This document shows positions 9,662-20,671 of a stretch of DNA of 64,000 nucleotides, piece after piece. The first letter of the stretch is position 1. Each line of letters starts with the position of its first letter. A program made the translations under genes and the position numbers. Origin of the DNA: an uncultured Alphaproteobacteria bacterium (GTDB taxonomy: Bacteria; Pseudomonadota; Alphaproteobacteria; Rhizobiales; Xanthobacteraceae); NCBI GenBank assembly GCA_963785945.1, contig CAWAWU010000004.1:1054989-1118988 (forward strand). The letters run 5' to 3'. The notes under the pieces are model-generated. The model saw only the letters and a program-made list of their open reading frames with translations. It was not told the DNA's origin and searched no databases.

Positions 9662-11002
9662 CTATCCCAGCTGCCACACCGCCATCGGCCTGTCATAGCC
9701 CTTGATCGCGACCTGGCCGAGCGAGACCGCATCGCGACCGGCGTCACCGAGCGCATCGCAGACCGCGGACGAGATCAGCAGCTGCGAATTGAATTCCTTG
9801 TTGAGCGATTCAAGCCGCGACGCAAAATTCACGGTGTCGCCGATCACGGTATATTCCTTGCGCCGCGGCGAGCCGATATTGCCGGCGACGACCTCACCGA
9901 AGTGGATGCCGATGCCGATCCGCAACGGCCAATCGTTGGCCTTGTTGACCTCTTCCATCGCAACCAGCATCTCGCGCGCCGCGGCCACCGCGTGCTGCGC
10001 GCAGTCGGGCGCCTCGATCGGCGCGCCGAACAGCGCCAGGAAACCGTCACCGAGAAACTTGTTCACGATGCCGCCATGGCGATCGAGAATGTCGACCAGG
10101 ATCGCGAAGGCACCGTCGAGCCGCTCGACGACTTCCTGCGGCGTCCGCACCCTGGCGCCTGCGGTAAAGCTGCGAAAATCAACGAACATCACCGCGACGC
10201 GGCGAAGGTCGCTGGATCGGTCCGCGCCCTCCATCAGTAGCCGCTCGACAACCTCGGGCGAGACATGCTGGCCGAACAAATTGGTGACGCGGTCGCGCGC
10301 CGTGGCCGCCGCGATGCTGGCCTCGAATTGATGCCGCAGTTGAACGCCGACCGCACCCGCCAGGATGCCACCGATCAGAAACATGAAGCAGCGGCTGAGT
10401 TCGTAGCCGAGTTCAGGGGCCGGCTCGCCGGCAAATCCCGGCGGCCGATAAAGCATCGCCATCGCCAAAAGCTGCGCGGCGGCGGCAAATCCCGTAAACG
10501 TGGACAGCCAGAAATCGAGCCGCAGCGTCGAGAGCACGATGAACAGAAAATATCCCAGCGGTGCGGCAAACCCCAGTGCATGCGCCGAGCCCATCCAGTT
10601 CATATGCTGGTACAGCACAAAGGTCGGAATGCTGATTTCGATCAGCGCAGAGAGATAGCGCCGCACCGTCGGTACTTCGCTGTGCATCGCCAGCCGCCGC
10701 GTCACCAGCCACAGCACCATGAACTCGAGCAGCAAAAACGGCACATAGACCAGATAGAGCGGAACGAGATCGAACTGGCCGTTCGAGATGCGGGCGAATA
10801 CCGATGGCGCGGCGAAGTGAAGCACGGTCACGATTGCGACCAGCAGCGTCACCGTGATGATGACCGCTTTGACGCGCAGCCGCTCGGTCAGCAGGATTTC
10901 GCGGGTCAGGGCATCGCGAAACTGCGCCAGCACCGCCGTATCGTCCTTGCGCCGGAGAAAGCGTCGCAGCATTTCGATCGCGCGGTCTCGTTGGCTGGAC
11001 AC
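9662..11002 (-). CDS. Membrane-bound class III adenylate/guanylate cyclase
   Basis: TM region followed by MFVDFRSFT, KFLGDG, IGIGIHFG, YTVIGDTVNFASRLE. Confidence 0.92.
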   Translation of the reverse strand: MSSQRDRAIEMLRRFLRRKDDTAVLAQFRDALTREILLTERLRVKAVIITVTLLVAIVTVLHFAAPSVFARISNGQFDLVPLYLVYVPFLLLEFMVLWLVTRRLAMHSEVPTVRRYLSALIEISIPTFVLYQHMNWMGSAHALGFAAPLGYFLFIVLSTLRLDFWLSTFTGFAAAAQLLAMAMLYRPPGFAGEPAPELGYELSRCFMFLIGGILAGAVGVQLRHQFEASIAAATARDRVTNLFGQHVSPEVVERLLMEGADRSSDLRRVAVMFVDFRSFTAGARVRTPQEVVERLDGAFAILVDILDRHGGIVNKFLGDGFLALFGAPIEAPDCAQHAVAAAREMLVAMEEVNKANDWPLRIGIGIHFGEVVAGNIGSPRRKEYTVIGDTVNFASRLESLNKEFNSQLLISSAVCDALGDAGRDAVSLGQVAIKGYDRPMAVWQLG

Positions 11003-11038
11003 GGTTGGCCCCTGGCGGATGGCGCTATCTAAACCCGG

Positions 11039-11449
11039 CTAGCTATGAAACTTCAGCCCATCGACGATCTTGTCGATTATCTTGCGCTCGGCGCGCATGG
11101 CAAGCCCCACCAGATTGAGTTCGGCCCGGATCACGACCTTGACCGCTTCGCGGTTGGCGGCGTCATGCGTGGTCTTGAACATGTCTTCGGTATAAACCGC
11201 GGGCTTCACGTTGCGCGTCAGCGCCCGTTCCAGTGCGCGGGAAAGCGCCGGACGGTCCGCGCCATAGATCAGGATCGGCTGGCCGATCAGCGAAAGATAT
11301 CGGGTACCCGAGCCGTCTTCATAGGGCTCGCCGATGCATTCCGGAAACGTCGCCGCAATGCCGCTGGTCAGGAATGCAGCGACATTCAGCTTCTGCCATG
11401 CTTCGAGGTCGGTCCGGATCACGACCGCGATCTTGGTATCGAATTGCAT
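11039..11449 (-). CDS. DUF2000 family protein (PTH2-like fold)
   Basis: FDTKIAVVIR.DL..WQKLNV..FL.SG motif. Confidence 0.8.
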   Translation of the reverse strand: MQFDTKIAVVIRTDLEAWQKLNVAAFLTSGIAATFPECIGEPYEDGSGTRYLSLIGQPILIYGADRPALSRALERALTRNVKPAVYTEDMFKTTHDAANREAVKVVIRAELNLVGLAMRAERKIIDKIVDGLKFHS

Positions 11450-11471
11450 TGATGGCTCCGAGGAGATCGAT

Positions 11472-11557
11472 GTCATTCCGGGATGACTCCGAAGGACCAG
11501 ACCTCAGATGTGCAACTGCACATCTGAGGTTCGCGCTTACGCGCGCCCCGGAATGAC
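11472..11557. repeat. REP/RIME-like palindromic intergenic element
   Basis: Outer inverted repeat GTCATTCCGGG / CCCGGAATGAC; inner 14-bp hairpin ACCTCAGATGTGCA / TGCACATCTGAGGT. Confidence 0.8.
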
Positions 11558-11588
11558 GATCAATAAACATCAGCTCTCGTGAGAAAAG

Positions 11589-11978
11589 CTAGCCCCTGGC
11601 GTCGCAGGCCCAGGCGCGGATCACGCATTCCTTGCCGCCGAATTCGTAGCACTTGCGCGTCGCGGTGTTGAGCGTATTCGAAATCTTCGATTCCACCGCA
11701 TAGCCATGGGCGCCGCAGGGGTTGGTCATGTCGATCGACAGCGCCGCGCAAGCGCGCTTCATGGTCACTGTCGTGCACGCGCCCTTGCACTGCTTGAGCG
11801 CGGCAGCGCGCGCACCGGCTTCGCCGGCATAGTCAAAGGCCTGGCCATAGGCGCCGCATTTGCCGATCGCAAATGCACCGGCAGCCCAGGATTCCGTGAC
11901 AAAGCGCGTTCCGGCCAGCGCCAAAGTCAGCGCGAAAACCATCATCGCGCGGCACTGCAGTTTAGTAAAAGACGTCAA
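11589..11978 (-). CDS. DUF4189 exported Cys-rich protein
   Basis: Signal-like N-terminus; GAFA.G.CG, A...C...C, C...GG..C.IRAWACD pattern; GGGGAGG RBS before TTG. Confidence 0.75.
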   Translation of the reverse strand: MTSFTKLQCRAMMVFALTLALAGTRFVTESWAAGAFAIGKCGAYGQAFDYAGEAGARAAALKQCKGACTTVTMKRACAALSIDMTNPCGAHGYAVESKISNTLNTATRKCYEFGGKECVIRAWACDARG

Positions 11979-12166
11979 AAGCCCCTCCCCCGAGGTCATC
12001 CGCGGCAAACCTAGCGCAGGGGCGTTTCCACTTGGTGAACGAGAGATTGAAAATAAGCTTGTGGGATCGAGCAAGTGGAAATGGTTAGGTGCTCCTGAGT
12101 CGTCGTCACCCGGGCGATGACCGGTGCATGTGAACGAACCGCTAAAAAGCGCGTGGCGCCTCGCCT

Positions 12167-13795
12167 TTACGACAACCGTTCCGGTTGAAGCTGACCCTGC
12201 CGGGCGGCGGCCAGCGCTTCGGGCGTATCGATATCGAGAAACGCGCCATCGCCCTCGACCGGGACCTCGGCCACCGCCTGATTATGTTTGGCGATCAGAT
12301 GCCGGGCGCCGATATCGCCGTCGAGCGTCATCAATTCATCGAAGAACCGCCGCGACCACAACACCGGATTACCGCGCCTGCCGTCGCTGACGGGCACCGC
12401 GATCAGGTTACCGCGATCCGGCGCGAACGCCTCGATCAGCCTGTCGATCAGGCGCGCATCGATCAGCGGCATGTCGCCGAGGCACACCACCGCACCGTCG
12501 GCGTCGGCGGGCACCGCCGCGATGCCGGTTTTGACCGAACTCGCCAGTCCCGCGGCGAAATCCGGATTGCGGACGAATTTTACCTTCAGCCCGGCCAGCG
12601 CCTTCTCGACTTCGGCGGCCTGATGTCCGGTCACCACGATCACGCCGGATGCACCGGATGCGAGGGCCTGTTCGGTCACGATCCGCACCAGCGGCTTGCC
12701 GGACAACTCGGCCAGCAACTTGTTGGGGCCGCCCATCCGGGTCGATCGCCCGGCCGCGAGAATCACCGCCGCGACATTGCGGTTGCCTTCCGGACCCACC
12801 GGCTTGCGTGGCTGCGGCCTGCTGACGATCTCCATCAGCAATCCGCCGACGCCCATGCCGGTCAGATCCGCCCGTGTCACCTTGAGGCCCGCCAACAGCC
12901 GCGTCAGCACCCAATCAAACCCGTTCTCGACCGGAGAGCGCGCACAACCGGGCGCGCCCAGCACCGGGACGCCGCCGGCATTGCCGATCAACAGCAGATT
13001 GCCGGGATCGACCGGCATCCCGAAATGCTCGATCTCGCCGCCGACCTCTTCGAGCGCGGCCGGTATCACGTCGCGGCGGTCGGCGATCGCCGACGCGCCG
13101 AACACGATCACCAGTTCGGTACCGAGCCCGAGCAATTCCTTGATCGACGCCGCCAGCGCCGTCTCATCATGCGGCACGCGGCGCTCGGCAATAATGGTGG
13201 CGCCGGCGGGCGCCAGCCGATCGGCGGTGACCCGCAGGGTCTTCTCGATCACTTTCGGCGCGAGGCCGGGCAGCAAGGTCGAGACGATGCCGACGCGCTT
13301 GATCTTGTAGGGCGCCACGCTCATGCGGCCGGTCTTCGCCGCCGCCACCGCGCGCTCGCACAGCGCCGATTCGATCCCGAACGGCACGATCTTGACGGTT
13401 GCGATCATCTCGCCTGATACGACCGCCTTGAAGGCCGGCAAGGTCGCGAACGTAATGGCTTCATCGACACGGTTGATGTCGTCGACCGCCGCGCGATCGA
13501 CCACCAGCACGCCGGCGCGCGCCGCGAACAGATTGGAACGCCCGGTGAAGGCGCGCTCGACATCGACGCCATCGCCGGCAATGGCCTGTGCGATGCCGCC
13601 GGCGGCGACGTCTTCGGACACGTCACCATCCTCGAGCCGAACCACCACGACGTCCTTGACGCCGGCTTTGTTGAGCGCCTCGACTTCGGCGGGGCCGATC
13701 GTGGTGCCTTTCTTCAGCACCAGCGATCCCTGGCGCAGCGTATGAACGGTGACGCCGCCAACCGCGTCGGCCGGACTGGCGGGACCAAACTTCAT
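12167..13795 (-). CDS. Molybdopterin-binding domain / MocA-like nucleotidyltransferase fusion (Moco cytidylyltransferase)
   Basis: GMPVDPGNLL, PGCARS; C-terminal ILAAGRSTRMGGPNKLL, LGDMP, GNPV, DIDTPE. Confidence 0.88.
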   Translation of the reverse strand: MKFGPASPADAVGGVTVHTLRQGSLVLKKGTTIGPAEVEALNKAGVKDVVVVRLEDGDVSEDVAAGGIAQAIAGDGVDVERAFTGRSNLFAARAGVLVVDRAAVDDINRVDEAITFATLPAFKAVVSGEMIATVKIVPFGIESALCERAVAAAKTGRMSVAPYKIKRVGIVSTLLPGLAPKVIEKTLRVTADRLAPAGATIIAERRVPHDETALAASIKELLGLGTELVIVFGASAIADRRDVIPAALEEVGGEIEHFGMPVDPGNLLLIGNAGGVPVLGAPGCARSPVENGFDWVLTRLLAGLKVTRADLTGMGVGGLLMEIVSRPQPRKPVGPEGNRNVAAVILAAGRSTRMGGPNKLLAELSGKPLVRIVTEQALASGASGVIVVTGHQAAEVEKALAGLKVKFVRNPDFAAGLASSVKTGIAAVPADADGAVVCLGDMPLIDARLIDRLIEAFAPDRGNLIAVPVSDGRRGNPVLWSRRFFDELMTLDGDIGARHLIAKHNQAVAEVPVEGDGAFLDIDTPEALAAARQGQLQPERLS

Positions 13796-14496
13796 GCCGC
13801 GTTCTCTTTCGCAAGTTCTTTCGGCATGCGTAGGGTCGCGGTGATCTCGGCCATGATCGCGACCGCGATTTCGGACGGCGACACCGCGCCGATATTCAGC
13901 CCGATCGGCGCATGGATGCGCGCGATGTCGGCGTCGGAGGCGCCCTGCGCCTTCAGCCGGTCACCGCGCTTGGCGTGGGTTTTCCGCGAGCCCAGTGCGC
14001 CGATATAGAAGCAATCGCGCTCGAACGCGTGCAGCAGCGCCGGATCGTCGATCTTGGGATCATGCGTCACCGCGACGAAGGCGGTGTAGTGATCGACATT
14101 GAGCGGCGGCAGCGCCACGTCGGGCCATTCGGCGATCAGCGGCACATCGGGAAATCGCTCCGGGCTTGCGAACGCCGTGCGCGGATCCACCACCGTCACG
14201 TCGTAATCAAGCGAGCGCGCCAGCGGCGCCAACGCCTGGCTGATATGAACCGCGCCGATGATGACGAGCCGCGCGGTCGGCGCATAGACATTGAGAAACA
14301 GTTTCTTGCCACCGGCCTCGACCGTGCCGCTCTTGCCCATGCGCAACTGCTTTGACAGTTCGGCACGCAGGGGATCGGTGGCAATATCCCTGGCCTTGAC
14401 CAGGCGCTGCTCGCCATTGGCGGTGTCGAGCACCACGATCACCGGACGCCGGGCGGCGCGCTCAGCATTGAGTTCCCTGAGTGTTTCGCTCTTCAC
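13792..14496 (-). CDS. XdhC/CoxF family Moco-insertion chaperone (C-terminal Rossmann part)
   Basis: IGAVHI, THDPKIDD, YIGALGSRK, PIGL.IGA.SP.EIA. Confidence 0.9.
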   Translation of the reverse strand: MKSETLRELNAERAARRPVIVVLDTANGEQRLVKARDIATDPLRAELSKQLRMGKSGTVEAGGKKLFLNVYAPTARLVIIGAVHISQALAPLARSLDYDVTVVDPRTAFASPERFPDVPLIAEWPDVALPPLNVDHYTAFVAVTHDPKIDDPALLHAFERDCFYIGALGSRKTHAKRGDRLKAQGASDADIARIHAPIGLNIGAVSPSEIAVAIMAEITATLRMPKELAKENAA

Positions 14497-14498
14497 GG

Positions 14499-14831
14499 CT
14501 AGCCAACTTTCTCGACGAACACCCGGATGGTGCCGCCGCAGGACAGACCGACATTCCAGGCGGTTTCATCGGCCACGCCAAACTCCAGCATCTTGGGCTC
14601 ACCACTCGATATGACATCAAGCGCCTCGGTGACCACGGCGCCCTCGACGCAGCCGCCGGAAACCGACCCCAGGAAGGTGCCGTCATCGTTGATGACGAGG
14701 CTCGAGCCGGCCGGCCGCGGTGCCGACCCCCAGGTCTCGACCACGGTCGCCAGCGCCACGCCGTGGCCGGCCTTTTGCCAGTCCTCGGCCGCCTGCAGGA
14801 TGTCTTCGTCGCGATTGAGCGTGGTGGCCAT
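14499..14831 (-). CDS. XdhC/CoxI family protein (N-terminal part)
   Basis: ATVVETWGSAPRP.GS, GSVSGGCVE, GLSCGG. Confidence 0.9.
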   Translation of the reverse strand: MATTLNRDEDILQAAEDWQKAGHGVALATVVETWGSAPRPAGSSLVINDDGTFLGSVSGGCVEGAVVTEALDVISSGEPKMLEFGVADETAWNVGLSCGGTIRVFVEKVG

Positions 14832-14842
14832 GGGAGCCTCTT

Positions 14843-16042
14843 TCAAGCTGCGGGACGGATCGCGCTGCGGTGGTGCGGCGGCATCGCCGACGATAATGCG
14901 GCAATCAGCCCCTCGATTGAACTCAAATTATGTACCGGGCGGAATTCGTCAACGTGAGGCAGCATCATTTTGATACCCTGCGCCTTGGGCTCGAAGCCGC
15001 CATAGCGCAACAGCGGGTTGAGCCAGATCAGGCGGCGGCAGGACCGGTGCAGCCGGTCCATCTCGAACGCCAGCTTGGCGTCGGCCTCGCGCTCCAGCCC
15101 GTCGGAGATCAGCAACACGATCGCGCCCTGCCCGAGCACGCGCCGGCCCCAGAGCTTGTTGAAGGTATGCAGCGAGGCGGAGATGCGGGTGCCGCCGGCC
15201 CAATCCTCCACCGTCGAGCTGCAGCTCGCCAACGCCTCGTCGGGATCGCGTGCCCGCAGCGCCCGCGTCACATTGGTGAGCCGCGTGCCGAACAGGAATA
15301 CCGAGACCCGCTTGCGGGCGTCGGTGATGGCATGCAGGAAATGCAGGAACAGGCGGGTATATTCGCTCATCGAGCCCGATATATCCAGCAGCGCCACGAT
15401 CGGGGCCGGCTTGTCGATCAGCCCCAGCCGATGGATGTCGATGATGTCGCCGCCGGTGCGCAGGCTGCCGCGCAGGGTGCGCCGCATATCGAGCCGCAAG
15501 CCCCGCGCATCGGGCTGATAGCGGCGGGTGCGCAATTCGGCCTGCGGCAACTTCATCTGCGCGATCGCGCGCGTCACCTGCGCGATCTCGGCCGCGCTCA
15601 TCTGCGCGAAATCTTTCTTTTGCAGCACTTCCTTGTCGGACACCGAGAGCTTGAGTTCCTGCTCCTGGGCCTGCGGCGCCTCGCTGACCGAGGGCTGCGC
15701 CAGCGCCTCCTGGACCCGGCGCGAGGCCGGCGCCGGCTTCTTTTTGGCCTGGTCCGGCAACGGCACCGAATCCAGCATGTGCTTCCAGTCCTCGGCGGCA
15801 CGGAAAAACAGGTCGAAAGCCTGCTCGAAAATCAGCGCATGCTCGTGGCGTTTGACGAAGATCGCTTCCAGCGTGGTGTAGACATCGCCGCGATGGCCGA
15901 TCTCGATCACCTGCAGCGCGTTCAGCGCGTCGATCACCGCACCCGGCCCGACCGGAAGCCCAGCCGCCCGCAACGCGCGGGCAAAGCCGACGACGTTGTC
16001 GGCCATTTGCCCGGTCGGAGGCGTGAGGTGGTTGATGGGCAT
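14843..16042 (-). CDS. coxE: CoxE-like VWA domain protein
   Basis: MIDAS DISGSM, FGTRLT, GGTRI, ISDGL, WLNPL. Confidence 0.9.
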   Translation of the reverse strand: MPINHLTPPTGQMADNVVGFARALRAAGLPVGPGAVIDALNALQVIEIGHRGDVYTTLEAIFVKRHEHALIFEQAFDLFFRAAEDWKHMLDSVPLPDQAKKKPAPASRRVQEALAQPSVSEAPQAQEQELKLSVSDKEVLQKKDFAQMSAAEIAQVTRAIAQMKLPQAELRTRRYQPDARGLRLDMRRTLRGSLRTGGDIIDIHRLGLIDKPAPIVALLDISGSMSEYTRLFLHFLHAITDARKRVSVFLFGTRLTNVTRALRARDPDEALASCSSTVEDWAGGTRISASLHTFNKLWGRRVLGQGAIVLLISDGLEREADAKLAFEMDRLHRSCRRLIWLNPLLRYGGFEPKAQGIKMMLPHVDEFRPVHNLSSIEGLIAALSSAMPPHHRSAIRPAA

Positions 16043-16055
16043 AGAACCAATTTCC

Positions 16056-16096
16056 TCGTCATTCCGGCTCGTGCTTCGCACGCCCCGCAATGACGA
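16056..16096. repeat. Short REP-like palindrome between coxD and coxE
   Basis: TCGTCATT...AATGACGA ends with inner GTGCTTCGCAC hairpin; similar ends to the 11472 element. Confidence 0.6.
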
Positions 16097-16118
16097 CCGT
16101 TGTTTGCTGCGGGCGAAT

Positions 16119-17027
16119 CTAATTTTCGCTCGTCGCTTCCTTCAAAACCTTTTGCAAGCCGTCGCCCTGCATCCGCGCGATGTCGTCCTGGTATTTCAAT
16201 AGCGCGCCGAGCGTATCGCCCACGACTTGCGGGGTCAGGGAGCGGGCGTCGAGTTCGGTCAGCGCGGTGGCCCAGTCGATGGTCTCGGCGACCCCAGGTG
16301 ATTTGTAGAAATCCTGATCGCGCAGCGCCTGCACGAAACGCACGACCTGCTGCGACAATTTTGCGGAGATATTGGGCACGCGCGATTTGACGATCGCCAG
16401 TTCGCGCTCGGCCGAGGGATAATCGACCCAGTGATAGAGGCAGCGGCGCTTCAGCGCGTCGTGAATTTCGCGGGTACGGTTCGAGGTGACGATCACGATC
16501 GGCGGTGCCGGCGCTTTCACGGTGCCGAATTCCGGGATCGTGACCTGGAAGTCGCTGAGGATTTCCAGAAGATAAGCCTCGAACGCCTCGTCGGCGCGGT
16601 CGAGTTCGTCGATCAGCAGCACCGGCGCGCCCGCCGTATCGGGCTCCAAAGCCTGCAGCAGCGGCCGCTTGATCAGGAAGCGTTCGGCGAAGATATCGCT
16701 GGAGAGCTGGTCGCGATCGGCGTCACCAACCGCTTCCGCCAGCCGGATGGCGATCATCTGCGACGCACTGTTCCATTCATAGACCGCGGAAGCGACGTCG
16801 AGGCCTTCATAGCATTGCAGGCGGATCAGCTTTCGCCCGAGCGCCGCCGACAGCACTTTCGCGATTTCAGTCTTGCCGACGCCGGCCTCGCCTTCGAGAA
16901 ACAGCGGCCGGCCCATCCGCAGCGACAGATAGGCCACCGTCGCCAGCGAACGTTCCGCAAGATAACCGCGCGAGGTCAGGAGTTCGAGCATCGCATCGAC
17001 GGAACTGGGTAACGCCGATGCACTCAT
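16119..17027 (-). CDS. coxD: CoxD-like MoxR AAA+ ATPase
   Basis: Walker A GEAGVGKT, Walker B LLIDELD, ALKRRC. Confidence 0.92.
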   Translation of the reverse strand: MSASALPSSVDAMLELLTSRGYLAERSLATVAYLSLRMGRPLFLEGEAGVGKTEIAKVLSAALGRKLIRLQCYEGLDVASAVYEWNSASQMIAIRLAEAVGDADRDQLSSDIFAERFLIKRPLLQALEPDTAGAPVLLIDELDRADEAFEAYLLEILSDFQVTIPEFGTVKAPAPPIVIVTSNRTREIHDALKRRCLYHWVDYPSAERELAIVKSRVPNISAKLSQQVVRFVQALRDQDFYKSPGVAETIDWATALTELDARSLTPQVVGDTLGALLKYQDDIARMQGDGLQKVLKEATSEN

Positions 17028-17076
17028 GGCAAGAACCAATCTGCAAGAACCAATCTTGATGAACCCGTAATCAGTG

Positions 17077-17883
17077 TCACGCTTTGGCGGTCGCGGCCTC
17101 GACCGCGCGGCGTGCCAGCACCCCGATCAGGTGCGCACGATATTCCGCACTGCCGTGCAGATCGCTGTTCAAGCCGTCCGTGGGCACCGTCAAGCCTTCG
17201 AGCGCCTTGGGTGAGAAGCGCTTCTTCAACGCCTCTTCGAATTCGGTAACGCGAAACACGCCATCGGAGCCGGCGCCGGTCACCGCAACGCGGACATCCG
17301 ACGGCCGCTTGGCGACGAAAACCCCGACCAGCGCGTAACGTGAGGCCTGGTTGCGGAATTTGATGTACGCGGCCTTCTTCGGCACCGGGAACATCACCTT
17401 GGTGATGATCTCGTCGCCCTCGAGCGCGGTCGTGAACAGACCCTGGAAGAATTCTTCCGGCTTCAAACGGCGCTTGTTGGTGACGATGGTGGCGCCGAGC
17501 GCGAGGCAGGCGGCCGGATAATCGGCGGTCGGATCGTTGTTGGCGAGCGAGCCGCCGATGGTGCCTTTATGGCGCACCGCGGGATCGCCGATCAGGCCCG
17601 CGAGTTCGGCCAGCGCCGGGATAGCTTCACCGACGATTGCCGATGTCGCGACCTCGGCGTGCCTGGCGGTAGCGCCGATCACCAGCGACCGGCCCTTCAT
17701 CTCGATGCCGTCGAGCCCCTCGATATGCGAGAGATCGACCAGATGCGGCGGGCTCGCGAGCCGCTGCTTCATCACCGGCACCAGCGTGTGGCCGCCGGCG
17801 ATCAGCTTGGCGTCTTCATTCTTGATCAGCAGATTGGCGGCCTGCCTGACAGTCGCCGGACGATGATATTTGAATTCGTACAT
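17077..17883 (-). CDS. coxM: CoxM/CutM-like FAD-binding medium subunit (xanthine oxidase family)
   Basis: AGGHTL, TIGGS, FAD-binding PCMH-type motifs. Confidence 0.92.
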   Translation of the reverse strand: MYEFKYHRPATVRQAANLLIKNEDAKLIAGGHTLVPVMKQRLASPPHLVDLSHIEGLDGIEMKGRSLVIGATARHAEVATSAIVGEAIPALAELAGLIGDPAVRHKGTIGGSLANNDPTADYPAACLALGATIVTNKRRLKPEEFFQGLFTTALEGDEIITKVMFPVPKKAAYIKFRNQASRYALVGVFVAKRPSDVRVAVTGAGSDGVFRVTEFEEALKKRFSPKALEGLTVPTDGLNSDLHGSAEYRAHLIGVLARRAVEAATAKA

Positions 17884-17974
17884 GAGGTATTCCCGACCGC
17901 CATATGCGGCACTTGAAAATGACGCGAGATCCGATTTCGCCAAACCTTATTTAGCCAAGGCCTTGACGATGACC

Positions 17975-18448
<474 letters not shown>

Positions 18449-18623
18449 TCAGTACTCTCTTCATCTGCGCCGCCGCATATCGGCGGAACAGTCGATTAAA
18501 ATCATTCCAAAGGCATAATATGGGCCATCCCGGCAATGAGCAACCTCACCTGCGGCATGGCCCGATGTGGCCTGAGGCGGAGTTGACCTGCAGGTTAGCC
18601 TTTATGACTAGCCTTTTTTGGGA

Positions 18624-19070
18624 TTAGCCTTGCACCGCCTTGGCGAAATTCGCGAAAAATTCATCGGCCAGTTTCTTGGCCGAACCGTTGATCAGGCGCT
18701 GCCCGAGTTGGGCGAGCTTGCCGCCGATCTGCGCCTCGACATTATAGCTCAGCAGGGTGCCGCCATCCTTCTCGGCCAGCGCCACGGTGGCGCCGCCCTT
18801 GGCGAAGCCGGCGACACCGCCCTCGCCCTCGCCCGAAATCTTGTAGCCGTTGGGCGGATCGAGATCGCTCAGCGTGACCTTGCCCTTGAAGCGGGCGGAC
18901 ACCGGCCCGACCTTCATTTTGGCGGTGGCGCGAAAGCCGTTGTCCTCGGTTTTTTCCAGCTCCTCGCAGCCGGGAATGCAGGCCTTGAGCACTTCCGGAT
19001 CGTTCAATTTGGCCCACACGGCCTCGCGCGGCGCCGCAAGCTGGACCTCGCCGTTCATTGTCATGGCCAT
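18624..19070 (-). CDS. coxG: CoxG (SRPBCC) protein
   Basis: VW..LNDP.VL..CIPGC, GGKLAQLG.RLI. Confidence 0.92.
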   Translation of the reverse strand: MAMTMNGEVQLAAPREAVWAKLNDPEVLKACIPGCEELEKTEDNGFRATAKMKVGPVSARFKGKVTLSDLDPPNGYKISGEGEGGVAGFAKGGATVALAEKDGGTLLSYNVEAQIGGKLAQLGQRLINGSAKKLADEFFANFAKAVQG

Positions 19071-19275
19071 GTGATTCGCCTCCTGAAAACGCGTCCTGGC
19101 ACTTTGGCCACGGCGCCGCTACCAAACCCCAAGTAAAGCACGGAAGCGCCAAATGAAAGGGGATGGCCGTACCGGGTGCGATGCATATTCGCAACCGCAG
19201 CACGCCGGCCGGTGGACTTGCGCCGGGCCAGCAGGGTTGGCAGAGGTATGAGAGGATGGTTAGGTCGCGCGCATC

Positions 19276-20631
19276 ATGAGTACTGCTCTCTCGCCCCTGC
19301 TCGCGCCGATGCTGTCGAGCGCTGCCATGCGCGCGATCTGCGACGATGTCGCCTATCTCCAGTACATGCTCGATTTCGAGGCCGCGCTGGCACGCGCCGA
19401 AGCCGCCACAGGTGTCATTCCGGCCAACGCGCCTGCCCCGATCGAGCAAGCCTGCAACGCCCGGGCGTTCGATCTGGCCGCGCTGGCGCAAGCTGCCACC
19501 AAATCCGGCAATCTCGCGATCCCCCTCGTCAAGGCGCTGACCGCCGCCGTCGCCAAGACTGACGCGGACGCCGCGCGCTACGTGCATTGGGGCGCCACCA
19601 GCCAGGACGTGATCGATACCGCAGCGATGCTGACCCTGCGCGCCGCGATCGATGCTCTATTGTCCGATATCGACCGCGCCATCGCCGGCTTTGCCCGCCA
19701 GGCGCGAACCCATCGCCACACCGCGATGGTGGGGCGCACCTGGCTGCAGCATGCGCTGCCGATTCCGTTCGGGCTGAAGCTTGCGGAATATGCCGCCGCG
19801 CTCGACCGCTCGCGCACGCGACTGCGGAGGTTGCGCAGCGAGGCGCTGGCGCTGCAGTTCGGCGGCGCGGCGGGAACGCTGGCCGCGCTCGGCGACAACG
19901 GCTTGCGCGTCGCCGAGAAGCTCGCGCAGGAGCTTGACCTGCCGCTGCCCGATGCGCCCTGGCACACCCACCGCGATCGCTTCGCCGAGGCAGCCTCGGT
20001 GCTCGCGATTATCGCGGGCACCTGCGGCAAGATCGCCCGCGACGTATCGCTGCTGATGCAGACCGACGTCGGCGAGGCGTTCGAACCCTCGGGCGAAGGC
20101 CGTGGCGGCTCGTCGACCATGCCGCATAAACGCAATCCGGTCGCCGCCGCCAGCGCGCTCGGCGCCGCCACCATGGCCCCCGGCCTGGCGGCGACAATGT
20201 TTGCCGCGCAGGTGCAGGATCACGAACGCAGCGCCGGGCCGTGGCATGCGGAATGGCCGACCTTGCCGAGCCTGCTGCTGGTCACCTCGGGCGCGCTCGC
20301 GGCCATCGTCGATATCGCCGAAGGCCTGGAAGTCGATGTCGCGCGGATGCGTGCCAATCTCGACACCACGCGTGGGCTGATCATGGCCGAATCCGTGACC
20401 TTTGCGCTGGCGGAAAAGCTCGGCAAGAGCGAGGCGCATCATCTGGTGGAAGCCGCCAGCAAAAAGGCCGTCGCCGAGAAAAAAGCCCTGCACGACGTGC
20501 TGGCCGGCGACCCCCGAGTCACGCAACAGCTCGACGCCAAGAGACTTGCAGACCTGTTCGAGCCGATGTCCTATCAGGGCGTTTCGCAGGCCATGATTGA
20601 CCGGCTGCTCGCGTCGCTCGATAAAAAGTAA
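19276..20631 (+). CDS. pcaB: 3-carboxy-cis,cis-muconate cycloisomerase
   Basis: VHWGATSQD, GSSTMPHKRNP fumarase-family signature; operon with pcaD/pcaC. Confidence 0.93.
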   Translation: MSTALSPLLAPMLSSAAMRAICDDVAYLQYMLDFEAALARAEAATGVIPANAPAPIEQACNARAFDLAALAQAATKSGNLAIPLVKALTAAVAKTDADAARYVHWGATSQDVIDTAAMLTLRAAIDALLSDIDRAIAGFARQARTHRHTAMVGRTWLQHALPIPFGLKLAEYAAALDRSRTRLRRLRSEALALQFGGAAGTLAALGDNGLRVAEKLAQELDLPLPDAPWHTHRDRFAEAASVLAIIAGTCGKIARDVSLLMQTDVGEAFEPSGEGRGGSSTMPHKRNPVAAASALGAATMAPGLAATMFAAQVQDHERSAGPWHAEWPTLPSLLLVTSGALAAIVDIAEGLEVDVARMRANLDTTRGLIMAESVTFALAEKLGKSEAHHLVEAASKKAVAEKKALHDVLAGDPRVTQQLDAKRLADLFEPMSYQGVSQAMIDRLLASLDKK

Positions 20632-20671
20632 ACGCGCGCGGATCTGGTCTGCGCATGACAAGGAACATGAC

